64,000 nt of DNA from a virus. A program made the position numbers and the translations under genes. How positions within the stretch are numbered: position 1 is the first letter of the stretch; every line of letters starts with the position of its first letter. The stretch is taken from IMG/VR virus record IMGVR_UViG_3300020183_000039, positions 22,570 to 86,569 of that record, one strand, 5' to 3'. This document shows positions 11,501-19,384 of this stretch, in pieces. Under the pieces are notes generated by a model. That model was not told where the DNA came from. It saw only the letters and a program-made list of their open reading frames with translations, and did not search any database.

Positions 11501-11642
11501 GCGCCATGATCGGCGAGCCGCTAGAGAAGTCATTAAGAGTTTCCCCAGAAGCCTCGTAGACCCTCTGGGCTGCCGCCGCGACCAGCTCCGATTCGTTTCT
11601 CGGATCGAGCTCGATCGGGGGCAAGGGCGCGTAATTCGGCAT
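8562..11642 (-). CDS. Baseplate J-like wedge protein with long C-terminal extension
   Basis: N-terminal LDPRNE...GSPIMALLEG...VTNPEPARGGSDPE...VSAEDW matches the baseplate J/gp47 pattern. Confidence 0.8.
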   Translation of the reverse strand: MPNYAPLPPIELDPRNESELVAAAAQRVYEASGETLNDFSSGSPIMALLEGQAFAQSELLAFANSFPESVLVEWIGPFLGAQRRTGAGSVVEVKFTIEPRDQEFVVFEGFELATDSNLTGGQSIAFVTNANLRIPAGEETGRITAVSLLRGSNTNVDANTITSAVTSLAGVLGVTNPEPARGGSDPELLAQVKERFFTLIRRRNPVSAEDWVDFFSDALGPGTGVNVLPRRSEKDFYRYDENFVDSAPAVSFFVINPDGTPLTSAQRRSLQNLVRFSLPTEFTGTVYSMEVDDADISLQLSYDPNKPYAQDLRNLTQTVRDSLFGILTPNAVFPVSYEPNISDVEGALATALSLTLGTETQYIDPDIGSLVAYYTPRSISGPSFGVVSPKSFRTGNTLQEGDLVVNRTGLVPLYYEVLNGFTPITGDKSYHANIDDLSFQIIRALSPGEYSTGQVISVVTAAQATLHVVLASFTYTGKKTTQELVLDGTLSAAKSFSDWNAGLEIEAFNDANEYNPQIVEFVRSDLNNEVYEPRVPSYVPLSLRPGYPVWVAKKDFTITSNLADLGTAQAQGYVGTDTVSVQLLAEDQVYTAGQILVTPSQEQFLAGSVLEDSCYISELKGVVQLYVKALQDFTFCNNTIGTYSELVDQLVADGILQVIEVVSYLDCAGRPLFSDSPFRYKARFALGEYLRYRARGGFNATELENCTVLAEQCDVLTPSCKRLIEANLPLPRYFQAIVDFTPSIDDPDKLVEDGFMIEVPASTFRYNYTLNQSVLPSFFSPQDITQLLIEQGSIRVPTDLIFGQTVQVIGPVGETLGSYFWSSSGWQVETRGIPVFRDIFRFAPGDAALFRNGTIFRQYEATKHVTPLTDLEVYFDNGIFVRTDKAETVKYYDPTYRYEDVIIDQNDYSQKFYRAIRSFTPPDLVTSWAGEVINTPRIEEVFGNLLKFVVASVGSERLLSRLGVQVSTNKLGTATITVTSKANTLASKTFVWENTNTRSQPSQLSFYTGTAFPYKPVNYGDGTLAL

Positions 11643-12073
11643 CAGAAGAACCCTTCGTCGACTACTGGGAAGTTATTGATCCGCTCGTTGAGGATCTCTT
11701 TGGTGATAGCGTCTGAGTTATCAAGCTGCGCGAACTTGGCCAGGAAGTTCTGCCCGGAACCGCCCTGGTTATACTTAGCGTTGGTGTTCCAGAACTGAGG
11801 GGCGTAGTTCGGGTTGGCGTTAGTCTGGTCGCCGAATTGTACCTGCCCCATGAAGCTCTTGCTTCCGGTGATTGGGGCAACCCCGTAACTCTGGTCCGTG
11901 TCAAGCGTGACGTAGACGCGATCTAACCCGCTATCGCCGCCGCGCTGGATATCATTTCGATTGATTGGGGCATAATGCCAATCCGTGTCAGCGCCATCAA
12001 ACTTGATCTCGCGTGCTCCGTTGAGCCATTGAGACGTGACGATGACTCCTGGCCCGAACAGTGTTTTCGCCAT
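11642..12073 (-). CDS. Tail/fibre-associated protein
   Basis: MAKTLFGPGVIVTSQWLN resembles fibre N-termini. Ends VVDEGFF. Start set at ATG 12073, 29 nt below a GGGTAAAA motif. Confidence 0.55.
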   Translation of the reverse strand: MAKTLFGPGVIVTSQWLNGAREIKFDGADTDWHYAPINRNDIQRGGDSGLDRVYVTLDTDQSYGVAPITGSKSFMGQVQFGDQTNANPNYAPQFWNTNAKYNQGGSGQNFLAKFAQLDNSDAITKEILNERINNFPVVDEGFF

Positions 12074-12112
12074 TCGATCTGGCACTAGACTTCTCGGAGA
12101 GTTTTACCCCGC

Positions 12113-12140
12113 AAAGAAAAAGCCTCCCCGAAGGGAGGCT
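12113..12140 (-). terminator. Rho-independent terminator after tail tube gene
   Basis: AGCCTCCC-TTCG-GGGAGGCT followed by TTTTCTTT on the minus strand. Confidence 0.85.
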
Positions 12141-12160
12141 AGTGTCATCTGATCGGAAGA

Positions 12161-12583
12161 TCAGGCGTAGGTCCAGGAGTTCACAGTAAAGACCAGCTCG
12201 ATGGTCCCTACGTCGCCGCTTTCGCGGTCCATCTCGGCGACGGTCAGCTGTTGCAGCTGGCAGCCATTGAGAATGTAGGGAGTGCTATTGCTGGTGTCAC
12301 CATTACAGGTAGTAGGCTGGATGGTAATGGTGATGAACTCGCAGTTGTAGTTTGCCCAGACTTGTTCGATCGCGTGTGCGAGAGCAGGATCGTACGGGGC
12401 CGTGATGGTGACATCGTCTACGGAACGGGGTCCCACAACTTTGTAGATGCGGTTCCCGGTTCCGTTGGCGTACTGACCACTTTCAGCCGTATCCGAGACC
12501 CCTGAGAATTGCGTCCAGATCGTCTCCAAACCAGAGATGGTGACGATAAACGCTGACTTGGGAATTGGCGTGATGACGGGCAT
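12161..12583 (-). CDS. Tail tube protein
   Basis: 140 aa, beta-rich. FSGVSD...VGP..DDVTIT...IELVFTV fits the gp19-like tube pattern. Confidence 0.7.
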   Translation of the reverse strand: MPVITPIPKSAFIVTISGLETIWTQFSGVSDTAESGQYANGTGNRIYKVVGPRSVDDVTITAPYDPALAHAIEQVWANYNCEFITITIQPTTCNGDTSNSTPYILNGCQLQQLTVAEMDRESGDVGTIELVFTVNSWTYA

Positions 12584-12618
12584 TGGAGGTCCTCCTTATG
12601 TATGAGTACTAAGAAGGA

Positions 12619-13674
12619 TCAAGCGAACACGTCGTCGATATAGAAGCCGGAACCGAAGGCACCAGTCGCGCCGAGACCGGTGATGTTGATCACACGCTCC
12701 ACGGTGATTTCAGCGCGGACCACACGACGCTCGCGAATGTAGTACTCAGGACGAACGGCGGGAGTGCCGGTCAGCTGGTAGGTGTAAGCGTATGCGGGAG
12801 TAGCGGCGTTAGCACCACCAGCGGGCATCACGGAATCGGAAGCGCTCAGCGGGCTGTAGAACAGCAGGACGGCGTTCTCGGGGAACACGGGTTGCAGTTC
12901 GCCGTTGTCGGTCAGACGGCGGCCTTCAGCCACGCGGATGCCGCGCTCGAGACCGAAGTAGCGAGCCAGCACGTCCACGTCGATCGAGTCGGCCGTGGTG
13001 AACTGGATGCGCTCCAGGATCGCGGGGTTGGTCAGCAGGCTGTCGAACACAGCGGTGCCGATCACAGCGCTGTTGGGGCGGATACCGATCTGGTTGGACA
13101 CGGCGCGCTTCCAGTTGAGCACGTCGACGATCGGGTTGTTGGTGGCAGTACCCCAGGGGTTACCACCGGTGGCGATACCGATGGTGGTAGCGTCGGTGTC
13201 GTAAGCGGTCCAGTCGGCGTAACCGAGGCCCAGCGAGCCGCCAGCAACGATATTACCGGGCTCATAATCGGCCACGGTGCTCACGGCGGTGGCGACTTCC
13301 ACCTCGTAGCTGTTCATGAGGCGGCTCATGGCGTTGCGCGTCTCGATGGCGCGCAGGTCAACCTGAGCAGGACCCTCGCCGGCGTTCTCGATCACTTCTT
13401 CGGGAAGTTCCCAAGCGATCACTTCCTGCTGCAGAGCGTATGCAGAGGTGTCGAACCGGCTTTGAACGGCGGGGATATTGGCGCCGTAAGCACGACGGTA
13501 GTCCTGAATAGCAAAGGCTTCTTTGCCAAAGCGCAGGATCTTACCGGCCCGGGTGGGGGTGTCCACCACGGGAGCAATGAAGTTAGCGATGCTGGTCTCG
13601 GGCAGCATGAAGCCCTGGGCCAGCGTGGTCAGAATAGGATCGACACCACCGTAGGTGTCCCTTAGATTCATCAT
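12619..13674 (-). CDS. Major capsid protein
   Basis: 351 aa with VDPILTTLAQG and IGIRPN motifs of Mu/lambda-E-like capsids. Strong codon bias and an AAGGAG RBS. Confidence 0.85.
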   Translation of the reverse strand: MMNLRDTYGGVDPILTTLAQGFMLPETSIANFIAPVVDTPTRAGKILRFGKEAFAIQDYRRAYGANIPAVQSRFDTSAYALQQEVIAWELPEEVIENAGEGPAQVDLRAIETRNAMSRLMNSYEVEVATAVSTVADYEPGNIVAGGSLGLGYADWTAYDTDATTIGIATGGNPWGTATNNPIVDVLNWKRAVSNQIGIRPNSAVIGTAVFDSLLTNPAILERIQFTTADSIDVDVLARYFGLERGIRVAEGRRLTDNGELQPVFPENAVLLFYSPLSASDSVMPAGGANAATPAYAYTYQLTGTPAVRPEYYIRERRVVRAEITVERVINITGLGATGAFGSGFYIDDVFA

Positions 13675-13762
13675 GGACTTTAAGTCTCCTTCTGCAGAAG
13701 GTTAGAGACGGACTTGGGCTTACACGGAAACCCGATGCCAAGGCCTGGAATAATGTTAGCGT

Positions 13763-14209
13763 TCAGCTGAAGCTGACGAGAGCGTACTGGTCGCCGCCGA
13801 TATCCAGCACGTCGCGGATGATCGGGGTCGTGCCGTTCACGGTCACGGCCGTGGAGCCGGCTGTGGCGGCGTCGGAGGCGATGCCGCCGGCGATTACTTC
13901 GAGGGCGGTACCGATGTCGTTGGCGGCCAGGGTGCCATCAGCCTCGACCAGCAGCAGACCGCTGGTGGCCACGGTCAGCATGCGCACGCGATCGGTAGCG
14001 AAGCCGGTAGGAGGAACGTTGTCGTTCACTTCGTACTGGCTCACGCCCACGGCGGCGCCGCCGTTGGATTGCTCCACCAGGAGGGGAGGGTGAGAGCCGG
14101 GGGCGGCGGTCAGTTCCACAACTCGGAACTCGTTCACCGCGGTGCCGTCGGCGACGCGGAAGGACTCAGCGAAGCGGATGTACTGCTTGCCGTATACAGG
14201 AGCTGCCAT
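13763..14209 (-). CDS. Capsid decoration/cement protein
   Basis: 148 aa, Ala/Gly/Val-rich, lies between the scaffold region and the MCP, same strong codon bias. Confidence 0.65.
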   Translation of the reverse strand: MAAPVYGKQYIRFAESFRVADGTAVNEFRVVELTAAPGSHPPLLVEQSNGGAAVGVSQYEVNDNVPPTGFATDRVRMLTVATSGLLLVEADGTLAANDIGTALEVIAGGIASDAATAGSTAVTVNGTTPIIRDVLDIGGDQYALVSFS

Positions 14210-14284
14210 TATCTTAAATGATGGAGGTTGGATTCAACCACTCTATGAGTGGGTCTACACATGGGTCTTTTACCCATCCGGAAC

Positions 14285-15208
14285 CTATCGGTATTCGATG
14301 ACACAACGGCATCGGTCGTGACATTGGCACCGCACGCCTGGCATCGGAAGACTGCCGATAGGCACCCAGCCAAGAGTCTCGTAGTAGCGACAGTCGAGGC
14401 AGACCTTGCGGTCTTTGCGAGTGATGCGCCGCATCTCACGGTACCCTTGATTCTCGCTTTCGTTAAAACGTCCTGTTTGGAACCATCGGTAAAGCGGGGT
14501 TACCAGAAAGCGTTTCAGACGACTCAGGAGCCCGGACCATGTAGCGGGTCCGGCTTGTCGATTACTCGGTCTAGCTGCTCTCTCGGCCGTGGCTAATGCC
14601 GCTTCCGGGTTCGAGAGCTCGCTTCTTGAGAGCGAGGTAGAACGCTGCTCTGTTTCGGATCTTGATGTTTTTGCCGCGTTCATCGCAGCGGTCAGGCTTT
14701 TGGCTCCCTGTACTGGGACAGTGAGACTAGCAGGTTGGGAACTTGCCGCCGTACCGATGCTTTCAATAGCGCTGTCACCGGGGAAACTCGGCCCGGCCAG
14801 AGACTCTTCTATCTCTCCTTCGTCATCCTCCTCAGCGAACTCCTCTTCCTCTTCGCCATACTTGAGGCGGCCCGAACGGAGTGACATCTGGATCTCGTTG
14901 AAGAAGACCCAGAGGTACTGCATCTGGCCCATCGCCTCGGAGTACTCGTTGTCCGTGGCCCTACGGCCCTTAGTTCCGAGCGTGAGAGCTGCCAAAGACG
15001 CGATGAGACTATCCTCAGCCGTGGCACGCTGGAACTCCGAGAAGGAGATCTTCTCGAGCTTAAGTCTCTTTTGCAGCCCTGCGGCCCTGGAGTCCATCTC
15101 CTCTTCCAGCGCTTCCAGAGAGGAGAAGGATTCGGCCAGACGCTCGGCTCTATCGATGTAGTCTTCCCTGCGCCTGGCCGCCTGACCGATGAAGGACAGA
15201 AGCTCCAC
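14285..15208 (-). CDS. Head morphogenesis protein (Mu gpF/SPP1 gp7-like C-terminus)
   Basis: C-terminal CLDC...PMPG..CQCHDRCRC cysteine cluster, in the head module. Confidence 0.6.
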   Translation of the reverse strand: MELLSFIGQAARRREDYIDRAERLAESFSSLEALEEEMDSRAAGLQKRLKLEKISFSEFQRATAEDSLIASLAALTLGTKGRRATDNEYSEAMGQMQYLWVFFNEIQMSLRSGRLKYGEEEEEFAEEDDEGEIEESLAGPSFPGDSAIESIGTAASSQPASLTVPVQGAKSLTAAMNAAKTSRSETEQRSTSLSRSELSNPEAALATAERAARPSNRQAGPATWSGLLSRLKRFLVTPLYRWFQTGRFNESENQGYREMRRITRKDRKVCLDCRYYETLGWVPIGSLPMPGVRCQCHDRCRCVIEYR

Positions 15209-15212
15209 GGGA

Positions 15213-17288
15213 TCAGCCCATCGAGTCGGAGAAGAGGACCGCCTTCAGAGCTTCGGCGTAGTCGATACCCTCTTCTTTAGAGAGCTTCACGGCTCGCTCG
15301 TGGGGATCAAGATCCTCGTCACGGATCACTGGCTCACCGCCGGCGATCTCAGAATAGCAAACCTGGGAGGGAAGATTCTCCAGGATGCGCATCAGAGGGG
15401 TAGCGGCCGTCTCACCTTCCGAGAACTCGAGAGTGCCGTACTCGAGACCTTCCATGTAGCTCACCAGCTCGTCCTGACCGACGATAGCTTCGGTCAGCTT
15501 GCCAGCCTCGTACAGGCTTTCGGCAAACTGCTCCAGGCGCATGCGATTGGCCTGACGCTCAGCAAACTCAGCCTGCTCACGCAGTTTAGCGTTAGCGGCT
15601 TCCAGCTCTTCGAGGCGCGCCATCATGGCGGCCAGAGGATCGGCTTCGGAGTGGTTGATCTCCATCACCCGAACTTTGCCGTTCTTGATCTGCTTACCGG
15701 CACCTTTAGGACCGCCGGTGGCCATGTACTTGCTGGGGTAGCCGGCGGGCTCGGGGCCTTTGCCGGTCATACCGCGCTCTTCAGCCATCTGCGAGGACTT
15801 ACCGGTGTAATCGCCCTTGTAGTTCTTGGCCATCTCACCACCGTCAGAGCCTTTGGCCATGCGGTTCTCTTCTTTGCCAGTACCCTTCATGCCGCGCTGG
15901 GTTTCGCCTTCTACGCCGGCTTTGCCGACTTCGCCACGACCAGACTGGTCGTTGTAAGGATCTTGAGCCTTGCGGCCCTTCATCCCGTCCTGGCCACGCT
16001 TAGGCTGAGTAGTCTTATTGACGTACTTGTTGTTGTCCGTCTCGACGTGCTGTTCGTCGTCGTCCTCGAGCTCGTCTTCGTCCGGCTCTTCGAAGCCGAG
16101 GTTGACGCCCTTAGAGGTCGAGCGAGTGCGGACCAGGCCACCGGGACCACCTTCGGTCTCCTTGGTACCAGAGTCGGTGGCGTTCATGTGGTCGGTACCA
16201 CGCTTCTTCTTCGAAGCCTCGAGAGTAGGCTCTTGGTACTTGTCTTCGTCCTCTTCGACCTGAGGCTCTGCGGCGCCGGACTTAGGATTCTTCTTGACTT
16301 TGGAGGCTTCGGGGCCTTCGCCATCAGACTCCTCAGCTTCAAGGCCAGACATTCCCTTCGGAGCAGGGGATTTAAGACCTTTGACCTTGCCGTCATGCTC
16401 AGCCGTGGCTTCGCCATGCTTCATGTCATCTTCGGCCATAGCTTCGTCCATGGACTTACCGGTAGCTTCAGCTTTCTTCTTAGCAGCCTGCTTCTTCAGC
16501 GGCTCGGGGAGGTCTTTACCTTCCATCTCCTTGGACATCACCTCGTCGTCGTCCTCTTCGTCTTCTTCGGACTTGCCCTCGGTGCCCATCTTACCGCCTT
16601 TCATGGACTTGCCCTTCTTGTGGGCCATGCCGCTCATGTGCTCAGCGTACTCGCCAGCATCCTCACCCTCGGCGGGGGCGTTTTCTTCAACTTGCGGCGC
16701 CTCAAGCTGTTGCTCGGCGCCCAGTTCTTCTGCAGTCATCTGAGAGCGTGCCTCATCGAGTTTTTCTTTAAGGAGTTCGAGGGGTCCGAGGTCCCTCTTA
16801 AGAGTGGGGCCAAGCTCCTTGTCGAACACGTCGTCCGGCATGAGAGTAATGGCCGCGGCGAATTCTAGGACCCCATCGGCGTTTTCCTCGTAAGCGAAGC
16901 CCTTGAGGCCTTTGACGGCCGGAGGCTGAGCACCGAGAAGAGCCACGTGGCGCAATGACCACTTGCCTGGCTCTGGATTGATCTTAGAATCTGGCGAGTA
17001 GAACGAAGCACTCACCTTCTTGTACAGACCATTGTTGATGTAGTCTGCAGCGAGAGGCGAAAAGTCGATCTCGGCGAAGAGCTCATCGCCTTTCACCTTC
17101 ACGTCTTTAACCCAGCCCCAGGCCGGTACTTTGTCGTTGTCCTCGTGCCCGATGCGGATCGGGGCCTCATGAACATCGGGCTTGTAGGAGTCGGCGATCT
17201 GCTTTAGATCATTGACCGAGAACTCCCTAGTCACGCCCTGGGCCGAAGTCTGCGTCCCGGCCTTGAAGATGTGAACTTCTTTGATCAT
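15213..17288 (-). CDS. Mu-like prohead protease fused to a long charged scaffold
   Basis: IFKAG, APIRIGH, PAWGWV, YKKVSASFY, LRHVALLGAQPPAVKGL are Mu gp32/I-type protease motifs. Confidence 0.85.
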   Translation of the reverse strand: MIKEVHIFKAGTQTSAQGVTREFSVNDLKQIADSYKPDVHEAPIRIGHEDNDKVPAWGWVKDVKVKGDELFAEIDFSPLAADYINNGLYKKVSASFYSPDSKINPEPGKWSLRHVALLGAQPPAVKGLKGFAYEENADGVLEFAAAITLMPDDVFDKELGPTLKRDLGPLELLKEKLDEARSQMTAEELGAEQQLEAPQVEENAPAEGEDAGEYAEHMSGMAHKKGKSMKGGKMGTEGKSEEDEEDDDEVMSKEMEGKDLPEPLKKQAAKKKAEATGKSMDEAMAEDDMKHGEATAEHDGKVKGLKSPAPKGMSGLEAEESDGEGPEASKVKKNPKSGAAEPQVEEDEDKYQEPTLEASKKKRGTDHMNATDSGTKETEGGPGGLVRTRSTSKGVNLGFEEPDEDELEDDDEQHVETDNNKYVNKTTQPKRGQDGMKGRKAQDPYNDQSGRGEVGKAGVEGETQRGMKGTGKEENRMAKGSDGGEMAKNYKGDYTGKSSQMAEERGMTGKGPEPAGYPSKYMATGGPKGAGKQIKNGKVRVMEINHSEADPLAAMMARLEELEAANAKLREQAEFAERQANRMRLEQFAESLYEAGKLTEAIVGQDELVSYMEGLEYGTLEFSEGETAATPLMRILENLPSQVCYSEIAGGEPVIRDEDLDPHERAVKLSKEEGIDYAEALKAVLFSDSMG

Positions 17289-17325
17289 CGTATGTGATAG
17301 AAGCTGGGAACAGCCTCAGAGTGTT

Positions 17326-18714
17326 TTACCCGAGAATGTCGTTGATCAGAGCGTCAAATTCTGGATCAGTCGATTCTTCTTGGGCTTGGTCTTCTGTAGC
17401 TTCTGGGACGTCTTCTGCTACCTCTTCCGCGCCTGGAGCATCTTCTGGAGCGATCTCCTGAAGTGGGCCTTCGGCCTTGGTCTCTTCGGGTTCCTCGAGC
17501 TCAACCTTATAGGTCGTTTCGATCCATTCTTTCGTCGGACGATAACCGACTTTCTCGATCATAGTAGCGACGTCCGTCATGGTAAGCTGGCTACCTTCCT
17601 CGACCTTGAAATCGCGTCGGACCCTTGGCGAGACCACGTTGGTACCGTAGTTGAGATCAACCACCCAGCGGACGAGAGTCTCATTCAAGGTTTCGCAGAG
17701 AAGCTCAGCAAGCTCTTTAGACCGCACTTCGCGGACCTGCAGAGCAACTTCGGAGGACGCTCTAGATCCAGCATCAGCGTTGCCGGTCTCGTCTTCGCCA
17801 GTGATGAGCATGTTGATCTCTTTGATCAACGAGTCCCTGAGTTGAGTGAAAGTTTCCGGGGAGCCCTGAGGATTGATGAAGTCGAGATCGTATCCCTCGG
17901 GAAGGATCAGCGCCGTCTCCTGAGACAGGTTAGTCAGGTGGTTGTACAGCGCGTCGATCTCCTGCGTAGTAGCGGCTAGAGGAGCCTTAGCTACAGCGGT
18001 AGGGTTCGCGAAGCGGTCAGAGTAGAGTAGCTGGGACTCCAGAGCACGCCGCTTGAACTTCACGATCGGGTAGAGGATCCGTCCGAGGCCGCAACCGTAC
18101 GGATCTCCATTGGCCTGAGTCCAGTAACGGAAAACCATGAACTTCCGGGCCGGAAGATCTTCGCCTACGAATGTGTTGGAGTAGGTCACCATCTTCATCG
18201 AGAAGCCCATGTCGGCCTCGTCATCGATGGCGAACAGGAATCGACGCTGGTCTCGTGGCCGAATATCGTAAGGCTTCACGCCCTGCTTGGTCCTACGCCA
18301 CATGATCTCTCCCACGGAGAAGCCGACAACGTAGGCCTCCAGCATATTGCGGAAGATCTCGTCCATCGGGAGTTCGTTCAAGATCTCCTCGACGTACTCT
18401 TTCACAGCCATGTCGCCTGGAGAGTCCGAGGCCGGCTCGACAACAAGCTCTCGCGACGTGATCTCCTGGACGACTTTCATCCACGCGGCCTGTACGTTGG
18501 AATCGAACAGAAGCCGCTGGTAGACGATGAGGGCCGAAATGCCACCCTTCTGGATTAGAAGATCGTCATTGGGACGAACGACCAGATTTCCAGGGGTCTG
18601 ACCATTGAAAAGCCCTGGATAGTACCCGTAGATCGTCTGACGAGCATACGGGTTGGTGGCGTACTGGGCTATGTCTCCCTTTGGGATCGGCGGAATGTCG
18701 AAACGTTTTGCCAT
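17326..18714 (-). CDS. Portal protein (DUF935/Mu gp29 family)
   Basis: GFSVGEIMW, DPYGCGLGRILY, DRFANP, LNETLVRWVVDLNYG. 462 aa. Confidence 0.85.
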   Translation of the reverse strand: MAKRFDIPPIPKGDIAQYATNPYARQTIYGYYPGLFNGQTPGNLVVRPNDDLLIQKGGISALIVYQRLLFDSNVQAAWMKVVQEITSRELVVEPASDSPGDMAVKEYVEEILNELPMDEIFRNMLEAYVVGFSVGEIMWRRTKQGVKPYDIRPRDQRRFLFAIDDEADMGFSMKMVTYSNTFVGEDLPARKFMVFRYWTQANGDPYGCGLGRILYPIVKFKRRALESQLLYSDRFANPTAVAKAPLAATTQEIDALYNHLTNLSQETALILPEGYDLDFINPQGSPETFTQLRDSLIKEINMLITGEDETGNADAGSRASSEVALQVREVRSKELAELLCETLNETLVRWVVDLNYGTNVVSPRVRRDFKVEEGSQLTMTDVATMIEKVGYRPTKEWIETTYKVELEEPEETKAEGPLQEIAPEDAPGAEEVAEDVPEATEDQAQEESTDPEFDALINDILG

Positions 18715-19067
18715 CAGATCACGAGAGACAATGTAAGCGGCGGCTGCGGCACGCCATTCGTGGAGTAAGTGACCGTCACCACATAGACTCCGTGCTCTCC
18801 ATTATCCCAATTCCCTTTGACCGAAAGGTCATCTAATCCCCCGACTTGGGTCGAGATAGCTTCTGAGATCTTGGAGTCGATAGCAGCAGGATTCACGGTC
18901 TCGAACGTGTCTTCCATGAGACCGTAATCGGCTCGCATGATACGTTCGAATGGTCGGGTCTCCAGAACCGACACAATTTGCTGCTCTAATATAGCAAAGT
19001 CTTCAGCAAGTGCGAGCTTGCCATTCTGGGCTTGAAGAGGATACGAGAGCCCTCGGATGCTTGTCAT
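18714..19067 (-). CDS. Baseplate wedge protein (gp25/gpW-like)
   Basis: GLSYPL...VLETRPFERIMRADYG matches the GPW/gp25 signature. Confidence 0.8.
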   Translation of the reverse strand: MTSIRGLSYPLQAQNGKLALAEDFAILEQQIVSVLETRPFERIMRADYGLMEDTFETVNPAAIDSKISEAISTQVGGLDDLSVKGNWDNGEHGVYVVTVTYSTNGVPQPPLTLSLVI

Positions 19068-19363
19068 CTAGCGACGTACCTCTTGACAATTTCCGAATTG
19101 ATCTTTCTCATCGAGACTTCCCAGCCTTTGGGACGCTCGGTCCCAAGCCGGGTGACCTCGTTTCGAAGCTTGTCCAAAGGCAAGCTAGGATAGAGTTCGG
19201 GGTCGATTTCAACCGAGCTTTTTATGCTCGCTACTCCATCGAGTCCTGTTTCCAGAAGGGAGGAGCAGAGGGCCCCAAGAGGGACCCCGAGCTCCGCCGC
19301 TTTCTGCTTGAGACTCGAGTGGAGATCATCCTCGACGTCGAACGCCAGGCGTTTCTTAGCCAT
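19064..19363 (-). CDS. Ribbon-helix-helix DNA-binding protein
   Basis: KRLAFDVEDDLHSSLKQKAAELGVPLGAL is an RHH pattern. Confidence 0.6.
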   Translation of the reverse strand: MAKKRLAFDVEDDLHSSLKQKAAELGVPLGALCSSLLETGLDGVASIKSSVEIDPELYPSLPLDKLRNEVTRLGTERPKGWEVSMRKINSEIVKRYVAR

Positions 19364-19384
19364 GTTCGATCTCCTAGGCTAGGA

